NCBI GenBank assembly: GCA_964035545.1
Contig: OZ037773.1
Span: 1,641,751-1,705,750, forward strand
Length of the DNA stretch: 64,000 nt
From: Bugula neritina
Taxonomy: Eukaryota > Animalia > Bryozoa
Reading direction: 5' to 3'
Shown here: positions 1 through 14,407 of the stretch, piece by piece
How positions within the stretch are numbered: position 1 is the first letter of the stretch
Layout: each line of letters starts with the position of its first letter
Position numbers and translations under genes: made by a program
Notes under the pieces: generated by a model
Seen by the model: the letters and a program-made list of their open reading frames with translations, nothing else
Told to the model about the DNA's origin: nothing
The model's database searches: none

Positions 1-3000
1 TGTCTTCACTGAAGACTTTAGGGTGTGTGGGGGAGCCCCTCAACCATGAGGCCTGGGAGTGGTACAACAAGTTTGTAGGCCAGTCTCGGTGTGACATTGT
101 GGACACCTGGTGGCAGACAGGTAATGTCCCAGCATATGGTGTCCGATTACATGGTACCATACTATATCACATGGTGTCATACTGTATCACACCACATGGT
201 ATCATACTGTATCACATCACATGGTATCATACTGTATCACATCACACCATAATTTGTCATGTGAAAGATTGACTATTCTCTGTAAACATCCAGTTCATAG
301 ATGTAAAGTTTTACACTAAGCGTATCCATAGAACTAATCTCTGTAATGTAACATTGATTACAATTACTACCTTGCTGTACTTCATAGTGTCGATTACTTA
401 TCATGTACTTACCCTGTATTCTTATCTGATGTGCCTGCAGTCTTATCTTATTTTTTCTTAATGTCGCCTAATCAGTAACGCCAGTTTTCTCTATGATGTA
501 GCATGAGTTCTCGCTCTCTGTGTTTATAGAGACGGGTGGCATATGCATAACTCCCAGACCTTCAGAAAGTGGAGCCGAGATTCTTCCTGGGATGCCCATG
601 AGACCGTTCTTTGGCATTGAGCCAGCTCTACTAGACTCTCATCAGGTAGTCTAGTTTAGGAATTATCTGCTCTTTGCTCTACCACTTGGTTTCTATTAGC
701 TTGTTTGTATTATTGCGCTGGTTTGGTAGAGAGAGTTCACAGGAAATGATGTCACAGGCTCTCTGTGTATCAAGAAACCATGGCCCGGAATGGCTCGTAG
801 CATTTACGGGGATCATGAGAGGTTCTTAGATACATACTTGAGACCTTTCCCAGGTGAGGGTTTCAGTTCTTCTCTTCTCCATCTTTCTTTTCGGTCTTTC
901 TTCTTCTATCTCTCTTCTCCATCTTTCTTCTCCATCTCTCTTCTTCATCTCTCTTCTCCATCTTTCTTCTCCATCTCTCTTTTCTATCTCTCTATCTCTT
1001 TTCTCCTCTCTTCTACATCTCTCTTCTCTTCCCTTCCACATCTCTCTCTCTCTCTTTCCCTCTATTTCTCTCTCCTCTCTCTATCTCTTTTCTCCTCCCT
1101 TCCATATTTCTCCCTCCCTCCCCCTTCTCTCTCTTCTCCATCTCTCTTACACATATCTGTCTCTTGTCTGCTAAGTGAACTTTTGGATTAAAGCCATCAT
1201 AATTGGTATGCTAGATGTAATATCAGTTGTGATTGGATGCTCTTTATTATCATCAATGAGTGAGCTTATATTATTCTGTTATTTGCTTTCTTGGATGCAA
1301 ATCTTCGGCCGTTTAATTATCAATTTTAGTAATTGCAAAATGTTTTTTTGTCTAAGTTGTTTTCATATTCTCAAATAAAACAAAGTTATACCACAGTTCT
1401 TATAAGCTACTCATAGACTCAGTTCTGTGTTATATTATTAGTTTGGTTGGGGGACGATGACAGCACTTCCCAACGTTTCCAGCTTTTTGTCTTGCTCTGC
1501 AGGTTACTATTTCTCCGGTGACGGAGCACACAGACACAGTAATGGTTACTATCAGATCACCGGCAGAACTGATGATGTCATCAATGTTAGTGGTCATAGA
1601 CTGGGCACTGCTGAAGTTGAAGATGCTATGGTAAGGGTGGTCCAATCAGGACCCAAAGCTTCTGTTGCACTTGTTGCGTTTTAGTTAAGGCAATCACACA
1701 GCCTCAGTTATTAAAAATTGCTATTAAATATAATGTGTATACATTTCCTCTCTAAGCTGTTGGGAGTTCTTTATTAAAGTCAAGGTTTATGGTAAAAACT
1801 TGTTATTCTGCAGTTGTATGTCATTGGTTTATGGTGTAAATAGTTTGTGTACATTTCAGAGCATGTTGAATATTGGAACACTCGCTTCAACTGTTAGTCA
1901 TTGTGTTTTGTATCATGAGGTATATTAAATATGTAATGTACAAGATACGTGTGCTTAATACATGTGAGTTATGTGTAATATACATGTCTGATAGAGACGA
2001 TTGTAATACATATATGATAGAGATGTATAATACAATAAATATGTGTAATACAAGAGAGATGTGTAATATACATGATAGAGATGTGGAATAAATGATCAAG
2101 ATGTGGGTAATACAAGAAAGAGATGTGTAATATACATGGGAGAGATATTTAATACCAGAGAGAGAGGTGAGTATAATACATGATGAATGTGTATAGTACA
2201 TTAATACTTTATGCTGACAGGATGAACACGAATTGGTTGCTGAGACGGCTGTCATAGGAACTCCACACGAGGTCAAAGGTGAAGGTCAGTAAATCTATTG
2301 ATTGTCTATCTTATCACATTCTGTTATAAAGTGCATGACATCTCTAGAGGTATAATATGATTATGTAATGTTCACCACTTACATGATTATATGCATGGTG
2401 TTGTATTATGGGTTTCGTAGGGTATTGTATGTTAGAGTTGTCTTACCTATTTATATTAAACTCACAAGCCTACGCTGAACATTTACTGTTGGTATAATAT
2501 CCTATGACTGTAACACCAGCTCTCCCCTTGTTAGTATGATAGTTAGTATATTCAACACTTCTATTTCCTGTAGGCATCTATGCATTCATCGTACTTAAAG
2601 ATGAGTCTACAGAAGATGAAGACAAAATAAAGATGGAGCTGAAAGAGATGGTTGCTGTTAACATCGCCAAGTTTGCAGTACCTGATCACATATTGGTGAG
2701 CTTACTATAACTGTAGACTATAGGCCTAACTGTTGATTATTATCGTATATTATTACTGTAGATTGTTACTGCAAATTATTACTGTAGATTAACATTGTAT
2801 ATTGTTACTGTAGAGTTTTTTTGTAGATTATAACTGTAGAGTATAACTGTAGATTGTTACTGTAGATTATTACTGTAGATTGTTACTGTAGATTATAGCT
2901 GTAGATTAACACTGCAGATTATTACTGCAGATTGTTACTGTATTTTTCAAATATTATTCAAATTTCAGATTGTGCCGGGATTGCCAAAAACTCGCTCGGG

Positions 3001-3133
3001 CAAAATTATGAGACGGATTTTGCGCAAAATAGCAGGCGGAGAGCTCAGTGCACTTGGAGATGTTTCTACATTGGCAGACCCTTCTGTGGTGGAGGTCATT
3101 GTCAAACTGCATGTTGCCGCTAGAGCTCAGTGA
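1..3133 (+). CDS. ACSS1: Acetyl-CoA synthetase, ACSS1 (mitochondrial)-type; 3' part, 5' end outside window
   Basis: Spliced exons <1-120, 530-645, 730-853, 1503-1630, 2221-2284, 2574-2695, 2969-3133, all GT-AG and in frame. Motifs: [41 protein letters not shown] (ACSS1-like), [20 protein letters not shown], and [16 protein letters not shown] (catalytic/acetylated Lys). TGA at 3131-3133. Confidence 0.95.
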
Positions 3134-3205
3134 TTGGTCGTCAACGCCAACTGAATCACTGATTGAGCCACTGATTTGCTGAGGACTGACTAATGCATTT
3201 ACCTA

Positions 3206-3441
3206 CAGTGCTCCCTCCATATCTCACTAAGCTACAGTGCTCCCTCCGTATCTCACTAAGCTACAGTGCTCCCTCCATATCTCACTAATTTACCGGTCTC
3301 AAAACCTCAATTCGTGCCAGAGTTAACTCAAGGACCTGTTAATTCAGCCATTTTGTCCCTATACACATACATAAGCCACAAGCACACAAACCAAGCTTTT
3401 ATTGTGACCTGTGAAATCCGTGAGAAAAGGAGGGAACACTG
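3206..3441 (+). mobile_element. Tc1/mariner-type MITE in ACSS1 3' region, left end tandemly triplicated (29-bp unit)
   Basis: TIR-like ends ta|cagtgctccct ... agggaacactg. The internal sequence matches the reverse complement of 8902-9094 (shared ggtctcaaaacct, tacataagccacaa, atccgtgaga). Confidence 0.7.
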
Positions 3442-4554
3442 TTTATGAAGTTACCGAAGTTCATATTTGCTTTGTTTTAAACAGCTAGTACACTCACTGC
3501 CTCATTAACACTTACTCACTCACAGTATGATAGATTTACTTCTTGTTTGATTAACTTGCTTTGTGTTAGTTGTTTCTGACTTACAGTCATGTTTTACCCA
3601 AATTGATTTATTCACTGATTACTAAATGACACTGGGCCAACTAGTTTCACCAACAGCTATCACATGAATTACTTGGTTAAAAGACTCAACTAACTTGTAA
3701 CTAAATGATATTTTGTAGATCTAAGTCATTACATATTACGTTGTTGTTTGCACAAGTAATAAGGAAGTCAAACAAAAAGCATACATTATATAAATTTCTA
3801 GTTTTGAATTATATTTTTAGCAGTATTACATATGTGATTACATAGCATAATCATAGTATATTACAATGTGTATGATTTTTATATTACACAAATATATGTA
3901 TTGCACAAATATAAAGTGAAAATGTTTTCTTGTTATAACTTCATGACAATTTTTACAAGTAACATGCTCTTTTGTAACAGAAGAACTGACATTTTTACTA
4001 GGATAGAACGAAATAGAATGCAGCCTCATATACTGATCATTATAGTTTATATGCTAAAAATTAGTCGAGCAAAATAGCTCAGGTAAGGGGGAATTTTTTT
4101 GTAGATTGCATTATCTTGAACAATGATGACAAATTCAACAAATCTTCCAGCCTGCTTTATAAATCATTCATTGTGACTAGATATGTGGTGTAGTGTGTTC
4201 ACCAATATAGAGTCTATATAGTAATAATCTGCAAGATAATACATGTATATCACTTACCCTAGCAGTCAGGTTTATAATATTGTTATAATGCTCAGTGCTA
4301 GTGTAATTACTATCATGTTTAAATTAGTGCTACCTACCGTTCTAACTCACTCCTGAGGTTTGCGCTGCTCAGTTTATATGTATGCTTTATCAACACAGTT
4401 GCAATCAAAATGCATAGCGTTTATAATGGGCACCGCTAGATGCAGCGTAGAGACTCGGGTCACTAAGGCGTGACTACAAACTTCCTACATCAAACGACTT
4501 CTTTCTATTTCTGCGCTATGCTAACGAACAACAATACAGGGCGGTATTAATAAA

Positions 4555-4566
4555 GGGGATTTCCCC
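4555..4566. promoter_or_regulatory. NF-kB (kappaB)-type site upstream of TRIM-like gene
   Basis: GGGGATTTCCCC fits GGGRNNYYCC on both strands. It lies just upstream of the presumed non-coding first exon (donor tag|gtaagg at ~4836). Confidence 0.4.
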
Positions 4567-5156
4567 TTCATATAGCTATTCAGTGAGATAATAGACTCGA
4601 AGTCATCACTCTACACGAGATAGAACAGCTTTCATCTTACAATAATATGTGTAACTAGTAAATTACAGAACTCAGAACTTTAGGCTGTTGCTACGTACAT
4701 CTCCACCCACCATCGACTTTTGGGTAGCTGGAAACTCTTTCAACAGCTAGTCTGGTAAATTCTGTTTTCTTTAGTGCAACAGTTGAAGAATAATCATATA
4801 TTGCATCAACTTTGTTACATGTGAACTGTTTAGTAGGTAAGGTACGAAGTTTATTATTATTCTCTAGAGTTTAATCATAGAAGCCTATAAGTTTGTCTAT
4901 TAGTGAATATAATAGTTAGTGAAAGTAGTTATATGGATGTTGTTTGCATTTGCTAACATTTTATTGAATAATGAATTTACATTAGTCTCAAGTACAATGC
5001 ATGGAGCGTGTTACTTGGCAGAGTGGTAGTAATATTGAGTCATGTGATTGATAGAACTAATACTATTGATCATTTGATTGGTGGAACTAATGCTATTGGT
5101 TCATTTGATTGGTAGAGCTAATACTATTGGGTCATTTGATTGGTAGAGCGAGCACA

Positions 5157-8100
5157 ATGGCTGAAGTCGCCTGTCTTTACTGCTTACAAACTCTGAAGGA
5201 TATGATGGATCCAAGAGCGTTACCCTGCGGCCACGTATTTTGTCTGGAGTGTCTTAAAGGAGAACTCGGCGATCAAACGAGACATGTGTGCAAAACATGT
5301 GGGTGAGTCATGCTTGCCTTTGTCTGATTGGCTGACCGAATTTAATTCTTAATACAATATTTATTTAATTAAATTTTTTCCCCACCTATCTCCACTTTGT
5401 GCTGTTCGGGTAGCGGGGGGGGGGGGGGGGGGGCAATATTTAATTTAATACCAATCACGGTTGTGTTGACATTCAAGTTACTTCTGCCGTTATGTTGTCT
5501 ACAATAGCACAGCTCACATCCCAAGTTTGTAGATGTCCAACACATTAAACTATAAGTTTTAGTTCATTGGTCCAATATTTATATCTTTGTATTGCCGAAA
5601 TTGACAGAGAAAGGTGGGTGCATAGTTGTAAAACAAAATATATGGTAATTAGGGCCAAAATATATAAATCCGGAATAAATTTTAGAGTTTAAAGCCAAGT
5701 TAAGGTCTACTTTTCTGTACCTACTAACCACAGCTTCTCAACTATACTATGTTATCTACTGGTAGCGAAGTGTTAGAGCCGGCTGACTTTGATTCGCTGT
5801 CCCCTCCAACATATGAATTCCAACAGGAAGTGAGCTCATTCAGGGCTACACTGATGTGCGACAAGTGCTCTGATAAAGTTGGCAAACAACCAGCCGTCGC
5901 GTATTGTGTAGATTGTGGAGTCAAAATATGTTCCCGCCATGTTGAGGTATGAGCACACTACTGCAGTTTAGTCTCAGTTCTTTTAAATTAAATCTTTACT
6001 TTATAGGTGGCTCCATGCTCATAATGTTGCATTTTTTCAAAGTGCTTGCAAGCCAGAATTTACAATTTCATCAATATAGAAATTTTACCAGATAAAAGGC
6101 AACCTGGACACCATGTATCTTCCCTCCTAAAAATGAGCTTAAAGCAATGATGTGCTCTATATTGCATTATTCAACACTGTAAAACCAATATGTGATTACA
6201 TGGAGATATCTAGTAAACTAGTGAAAGTACAAAGTACATTGTGGTGCTGTAAATTCACAGTAGTGCCTATACTTCATATAGCTCATTATTAGTTAGAACA
6301 CTGGCCTGCAAGTTAGAGGTTGAGAAGGACAGAATTTGCTTTTACAATTATACCAATATTGTTTTAACAAGCAAATGTTTGAACTACAAAACTTAATTGT
6401 AACTGATAAACATACATAAAATGAAATTGGTAAATAGTACTTCAATCTTTCACCTTTCTGAGAGTTGATTATGAATATACTGTACATGATATAATATGTA
6501 AATAATTATTACTGTTAAGGAACAGACCAGATAGAAGATGACCCACTATATGTCTGAATTTCACTGCCCACGCCATGGTTTGTTTTAGCACCATGATGGA
6601 TTCTTTGAAGATCAACATACAACTGAAGACATCAATGTGTATGCTAGAAATGCTAGCAAGTATAACAAGGCTGTGATTTGTGACCAGCATCGTAAAACAG
6701 TGACTATGGCTTGTGCTTCATGTTTCTTGTATAACTGCCTGGCCTGTGACAGCCAAAGTACAGGACTGTGCAAAGGTGAAGGTCAAGTTGTAAACTTCCT
6801 ATCATCTCCAGCTATTGAAGTCCAACAGTACCCTGTAACTATTGACTCAGCTGAAATATGATGTTCCCTGTAACTCTATCTGCCTGTTGTTTGCTTACTG
6901 TATATAACACCATCAACGTCATACATCAGAGTTTAGGTTTGGTTATTCTACATTTTAAACTTAAACAGAATAAAAATTGGCTGCAACTTTCTTCGAATCT
7001 GATAGCAATCTCGATTTGTCTATAAATATACACCAATTGAGATGCAATAAATAGTGCCAGAGATTTTAAGGCCTTAGGGTGGCAGTTATGTGTTAGAATT
7101 TTGCCACAGACCCCATCAACAGCACAACTATGCCTCTCCTCTCGGTTTTTCTGATTCTGTAAGCTGGCTGGTGGCACAAGTTATGGTGCTAATGACACTA
7201 GTTGATTGGCTGTCTCTTTTAACAGGAACAACAAACAAACATGTCTACCAATCGCTAGATCAAGTAGAGAAAGATGTCCGAGCTACATTCGCACAACTTC
7301 TTAAGCAGAATTCCGAGAAAAAGACTCAAATTGATGATAAGGAAAAGAACGCCTGGGTGAAAATGGATGCGCTAGTTGTAGACTGTGAAAATATGGTTGC
7401 TCAGGTGAAAAAGAAAACAAAAGAACAGGTAAACTCTGTGTATGTTGAACTCAGTAGCTATATTTCCGAAATGTCCTTACTAGTTTTCAACATTGGTACT
7501 CTGTACAGAGGACTAGCTCCCATTACGCCATGGGCATAAGTTTATTGTGTTCCCAGAGCCTACAGGGGTTTTAACCATTAAAAATGGCAATAGCGCCTTT
7601 GATTGATTTAAACTTTTAATGAAATATGGTTTCTGTGGACGGACAGTATTTTTAGTCAGTACTGCTATTTGATAGCATTTTTATCGAAACGAGTTGCACA
7701 AAGCTTATGCCATGTTTATTTCTTTAAAAACTACTGTCATTAGAATGTTGAATGATTCTAGCAGTTTGTAGTAAAAATATGACTCATGAGGTACTGAAGG
7801 ATGTGTATCAATGGTGGGCCTATAGGGCGCAGTCATGGGTTTAGGGGTTAAGGCACTGACTTAGTAAACACAAAGTCACAGTTTCAATCCTCAGTACAAG
7901 CCATTGGTGATGTTAGGATGAGCATCCGGTCATAATTGTTCCTGTGTCACATGTGAACAAGTCTTTATTTTGCTTAAATAATCCTTTCCAGTAAGGGTTC
8001 TCACAAAAATTTTGACTATAAACTGCTGCGAGTTTTTTTGTAATCTAAAAGTCTACGTAAATATGCCCTAAACTTGAGTGACTGAAGACACACTAAAACT

Positions 8101-8850
8101 CAAGTGTACTACTGTATCATTAACATGTATTACCAGATAGACTATATTCAAGCCTATTCGGATGGCCTAATACAAGAAATTGAAAACTACCAGAAGGTGA
8201 GGTCTGATCAAGTGATGGATTTTGTTACTAAACTGACTGGGAGGAGAGCCGAAGCAGACGATGTCACTCGGAGAATCACGGACTTCCTTCGAGACATACA
8301 CGTAAAAGATTTGATTAAGGAACAGGAAGCAAAGAGAGATCTTATCACTCAGGCTAACAATGTAAACTTGGGAACATGTGAATGGACAAAGCAAGTCCTT
8401 TGTGTTGGTACGCATTTTGCAAGCTGTGCATGTCTCCTATTCATAATGATACCATAGTTACACAAAATTTTGTATGGCAGCTATTGAATGAGGTTATACA
8501 CTATTGAATGCTGTTGATACGTAATATAAATATGATGAGTATTATATTGTGTGTGTTGTGTGCACATGTGTGTGTAGAAGGTATGTACATGTGTGCTCTA
8601 AGCCTCTAATATTGAATGCTGTAAACTAATAGTGTGGTACAATATGAAGGTGATGAGTATTCTATTTGTGTGGTACGTGCGTGCCCAATATTTTTGCAAA
8701 TTTATATAAGAAAAGTCACAAATAGGCAAGTATTTTGTATATTCTGCAGGCTACAAAAGACAACTGGAAATAAAGCTCTGTGATTCAGGTACCAATGTTG
8801 AATCTTTCAAGAACATTCCTGGTTCAATTACAGTCGCATGGAACTCGTAA
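5157..8850 (+). CDS. RING-B-box-B-box-coiled-coil (TRIM-like) E3 ligase, ~362 aa, no C-terminal domain
   Basis: Exons 5157-5302, 5766-5946, 6589-6775, 7226-7428, 8137-8407, 8750-8850 join in frame. RING CLYC..LPCGHVFCLECL..CKTC. B-box1 CDKC..YCVDCGVKICSRH. B-box2-like CDQH..CASCFLYNCLAC..H. Helical coiled-coil region follows. TAA at 8848-8850. Confidence 0.85.
5414..5433. repeat. poly-G tract in TRIM intron
   Basis: Run of about 20 G. Confidence 0.9.
7824..8032 (+). mobile_element. tRNA-derived SINE, diverged copy
   Basis: Co-linear with copies at 47340-47567 and 48866-49053: agtcatgggtttaggggttaag head, ccattggtgatgttaggatgagcatccggtcataattg core, gactataaact tail. Confidence 0.75.
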
Positions 8851-8901
8851 ACTTCTTGAGAAGTCAGAACAGTCGCATTCATACACACACTAATTTATAC
8901 A

Positions 8902-9094
8902 CAGCGCTCCCTCTATATCTCACGGATCCAGTTTTCACAAAATTTTATAAGTCACGAGAAGGGCTTGGACCCTTGTTTTGTGGCTTATGTACGTGTATAC
9001 TGAGACAAATTGACAGAATTTTAACAGATCCAGAGTTGAATATGGTATCTAGGTTTTGAGACCTGTGGCTTAATAAAATGCCGAGGGAGCACTG
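8902..9094 (-). mobile_element. Tc1/mariner-type MITE in TRIM 3' UTR
   Basis: TIRs cagcgctccctc / gagggagcactg|ta. Homologous (inverted) to 3264-3441. Confidence 0.7.
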
Positions 9095-9304
9095 TATTAC
9101 CATTATCATATATATACCATCATTAGAGTGTGTAATATTATGTTTAATCGTCATTATACTATTGTTTTTTAACTGTTTATTGATTTGTTTATTATCATAA
9201 ACACAATGACTGTTTATTCATGCTATCCACAATAAAATATAATTGTGCACTACATCTATGTACTGTCAAAACTTCAATAAACGCTGCCAGCACCCTTCTC
9301 TCTG

Positions 9305-12300
9305 TCAGCTGTTGTCTGGGGCGGGTGGCCATTCAACATGCACCGACTACAACACAAACACATAACTTAGACCTCAGGCTAACAACCAGACTGTCATGAT
9401 GAATTGTTCTATATGCAACTCCGAGTTGGGGGTGACTGAGGGCAGAAGTTTGGGATTCTTGAGTTTGGAATTCCAAGTTCCAACTTCGACCCCAACTCCA
9501 AACTTGGAAATCCCAAACTTCTGAACTCAATCACCCCCCAACTCAGAGCTGCTCATAGATGATTCTGTCATGATATCCCCAGTAGCTACAGCAAGTGACT
9601 TTTAATCAATATTAACTCCGTGCCTGACTACATATCGCAGACATAACTGTGTATTCAAGGTAGGGATAAAATCTCTACCTTGGATACACAGTGTGTAGAG
9701 TTGTCTTCCCAAACTACCAATCAAGAGTGAAAGAAATGGAAACTTCACAGCCAGCTTACATGTTTAGTACAATAGAGGGGGGTAGTAGGGGTGACGAATC
9801 CAGTTATTATAAAATTACAAACAAGTCTCAAAATAGCTTTAGATTCTACTAACCAGCACGTCAAGGGAGATGATGTCTATCTGACGGTTAGAAAGGAGAG
9901 TACACAGGCTAGGCACAGTTCTACCAAAGTCACTGTGGACAAACTCTTTGATGTACGTCCCTGTAATAGTAAACTAAAATAAAGGCACTACGCGATTCTG
10001 AGGGTGAGTAAGATCTATACAATTGGTAGAATTCAGGCTATATGCGAGTTAAAAGAGTACTGGTAGTATTATTAATACAAGTAAGTAGTAGGCTACATCA
10101 ATATCAGTTAATAGTACTAAGTGAGTAGTACTAACTACTAGTACTACTCAGTTATTTTTAGTAATCTAATGCCGTAATACACCTACCGCCTTGAGTTTCT
10201 ATCTCAAGGTCAAATATTCTGCTAGAGTTGCCCTGAAGCTGAGCCTTCATCCAATGAACAGTTCGCTGGCGGGTGGCGAGAGCACGTCGATGTAACACTC
10301 TGATGGGTGTCAACTGGTCTATCACCATGTCCTAAAAGTGTATTACATTTATTATACCACTACTCTACTACTACTACCACTACTAGTATTACTACCACTA
10401 CTATCACTACTATCACTGCTATCACTGCTACCACTGCTACTACTGCTGCTGCTACTACTACTACTACTACTGCTACTACTACTGCTACTGCTACTACTAC
10501 TGCTACTACTGCTGCTGCTACCACTACAGCTGCTGCTACTACTGCTGCTGCTGCTGCTACTGCTACTACTACTACTACTACTACTGCTACTACTACTCAC
10601 TCTACGTTCACAGAGATTGTCCAGCTCCCCCTGAGATAAGTCTCCATCACTCACACACACAGCTGTATAAGTTTTCCTCTTCTCCGCCTCTAAATCCTTC
10701 AGCTTGTCCGCCTCTTCCCTGCACATACAGTCAATACTAAATAACCTACAGGATCATCATGTTTCCTGTTTCCCTCAACAAAGAGCCAACATCATTCATT
10801 ACAGTGCAATTATTTACTTAGTTTCTAATTTGGTTCAACAATACAAACCCCTAAATTCTAAAGCGCTGAGTAAGCTTGGACATTCTGGAGCTGTTTGGTA
10901 TATAAGCCAGTCGTAATACTGGACAGGCTGGCAAAGAGACAAATGGCAGACTGACCTAGATATCAGTGTGAGATCCGAGACTCGTACGAGCAGAGGATCC
11001 ATCTGATTAATCTTCCTCTCGATATCCGAGAGCACGTCTGGACTTAGGACTCGCTCCGGTTCTAGAAGCTGGATTGTGAAGGGACGTCCACTGCCCAACA
11101 TCTGCACATCAATATCCTCCCGACCAGAGGAGGTGAAATTCTGGGCTATATAAAAGAAACGCATTCAGTAATAATTCCTCCCGGGAGAGTAGCTCCTTTA
11201 GCCAACAAGTAAGTGTAATCTAGGAAAGCGAGCGGCAATCTGTAGAAAATTAAATACAAAAGAAAATCTGTAGGCAAATGATTCAAAAGAGAGTAAACAT
11301 GGGGTGGCATTATATGTATTTCCAAGTGCGAAGCTGTATGCGTGAAGATCCATTGTGAGAGCTACATGCCACAGCAATGTTCTGTCAATGGGAACAAAAA
11401 TTTAGTACCCATCTAATACAACACCACACTAATAAATTACTATGTTTCACAATGTTGTACAAATAGAATATATTTGATACTAACAAATTAATAAACTAGA
11501 GACAGCTGGACTCACACTTAGCTTGAGTGTATTCCAGCAGGAGTTGTGAGATCAGCTCAGAAACAGACGTGTCTAACCCCTTCCTTTCGCCGTCTATAAA
11601 CCAAGGTGATTGGCTGAGCTCACGACTGTATTTATTGTACCGACCTACACGGAATATCCAAAACATAGAGTATAGTGTATAGCAATGGCATTTACTATGA
11701 CCTAACACACACCTGTAAGACACTGCATCCACCTGTCACACATAGTACACACCTGTCAGACATTGTATGCTCCTTCCACACATGCAGAGTATACACCTTC
11801 CACACACACTGCATGTATACAATTTTCACACACCTGTTACGCACCTGTCACACATAGTAGTACATACCTGCTATGTATACAGGGTTGTGAGTCACAACCA
11901 TAGACTGTAATCTGCACATTTCACTTAATCTGTGTGGCGGGTAGGTTAACAGGGTTCGTAGTTTCTCTCGAGACACACTTGTAAGAGCTCGGACTATGCC
12001 GCTATGAGTGAACTTGTCAGTCAATTGCCCTTTGCGCTTCTTGAAATGATCTCTGAAGGATTCCTCCCTGACAGATGTGACGAGGTAATACTATACTTAT
12101 CTTAGAGATGTGATCAGGTAATACTATACTTATCTTAGAGATGTGATTAGGTAATACTATACTCATCTTAGAGATGTGATCAGGCAATACTATACTCATC
12201 TTAGAGATGTGATCAGGCAATACTATACTTATCTTAGAGAGATGTGATCAGGCAATACTATACTCATCTTAGAGAGATGTGATCAGGCAATGCTATACTT

Positions 12301-14336
12301 ATCTTACAGAGATGTGATCAGGCAATGCTATACTCATCTTAGAGATGTGATCAGGCAATACTATACTCATCTTACAGAGATGTGATCAGGCAATGCTATA
12401 CTTATCTTAGAGATGTGCAGAGGTACTACTATACTTATATTAGAGGTGCGAGCAGGCAATATTATACTTGGGAAAGGATGTTATATTCAGTGTGGCTGTA
12501 TAACTCACAATTTATTACTTTCTCTGTCCAGTTCAGCGTGTTGAAAGTTGAGGAGAATGTCCATGTGTGTCTACAGAGTGAGTGATATATGTAATATATT
12601 ACTATAATATAGTATAACATTGTAATATATTATAGTATAAAATTGTAATATATTATAGTATAACACAGTAATATATCATACTATAAAATTGTAATATATT
12701 ATAATATTACATAGTAATATTATATTATACTAGAACATAGTAATATATTATACTATAACATAGTAATATATTATAATATAACATAGTAATATATCATACT
12801 ATGACTTTTAATATATTATACTATAAAATTGTAATATATTATACTAAAACATAGTGATATATTATACTATAACATAGCAGTATATCATACTAACACTATG
12901 TAATATATGATGTAGGATACATACAGACAGAAATACCCACCAAAGCAAACTTTTTCCCAAATCTACGCTCTAACCGAGCTCCACACATCCATTTCCAAAT
13001 ATCTTTAACAGTAGGTATATTCTCTAGAGGAAGGTAGCTGTATACACCCCTTAAAAAGCAGAAAGTATTCAACTTAGGAACTTAGGCAATGTTTGAAGCA
13101 GAAATAATGAGTGAGGGAGTGAGAAGGCAATACCTACGGACATATGTCTGCGCACAGCAACAAGTACGTGTAGTCACGGACAACCGAGGTGGAGGGCAGA
13201 GCGATGGAGCAGCAGAAGTGTTCATACTCTATCTTTCTTCTCTCTACTTCTTCCACTATCTGAAGGACACAGGGAAACTAGCATGTTATATATACTGTAT
13301 ACTCTCTATAAATAGCTAGCTTCTTATTATATATACTGTATACCCTCTATAAATAGCTAGCTTCTTATTATATATACTGTATACCCTCTATAAATAGCTA
13401 GCTTCTTATTATATATACTGTATACTCTCTATAAATAGCTTCTTATTATATATACTGTATACTCTCTATAAATAGCTAGCTTCTTATTATATACACTGTA
13501 TACTCTCTATAAATAGCTAGCTTCTTATTATATATACTGTGTACTCTCTATAAATAGCTAGCTTCTTATTATATATACTGTATACTCTCTATAAATAGCT
13601 TCTTATTATATATACTGTATACTCTCTATAAATAGCTTATTATATATACTGTATACTCTCTATAAATAGCTAGCTTCTTATTATATATACTGTATACTCT
13701 CTATAAATAGCTTCTTATTATATATACTGTATACTCTCTATAAATAGCTAGCTTCTTATTATATATACTGTGTACTCTCTATAAATAGCTAGCTTCTTAT
13801 TATATATACTGTGTACTCTCTATAAATAACTAGCTTCTTATTATATATACTGTATACTCTCTATAAATAACTTCTTATTATATATACTCTCTATAAATAG
13901 CTAGCTTCTTATTATATATACTGTATACTCTCTATAAATAGCTTCTTATTATATATACTGTATACTCTCTATAAATAGCTTATTATATATACTGTATACT
14001 CTCTATAAATAGCTAGCTTCTTGTTATATATACTGTATACTCTCTATAAATAGCTAGCTTCTTATTATATATACTGTATACTCTCTATAAATAGCTTCTT
14101 ATTATATATACTGTATACTCTTTATAAATAGCTTCTTATTATATATACTGTATACTTTCTATAAATAGCTAGCTTCTTATTATAAATACTGTATATACTC
14201 TCTATAAATAGCTAGCTTCTTATTATATATACTGTATACTCTCTATAAATAGCTAGCTTCTTATATACTGTATACTCTCTATAAATAGCTAGCTTCTTAT
14301 TATATATACTGTATACTCTCTATAAATAGCTAGCTT

Positions 14337-14407
<71 letters not shown>

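Noticed and set aside
826-1191. Leu/Ser/Phe-rich and Arg/Glu-rich ORFs
   Set aside because: CT-rich low-complexity ACSS1 intron.
10307-10726. Poly-Thr/Leu/Ser ORFs (also 41815-42348)
   Set aside because: Trinucleotide microsatellites inside introns. Only the flanking exon parts are coding.
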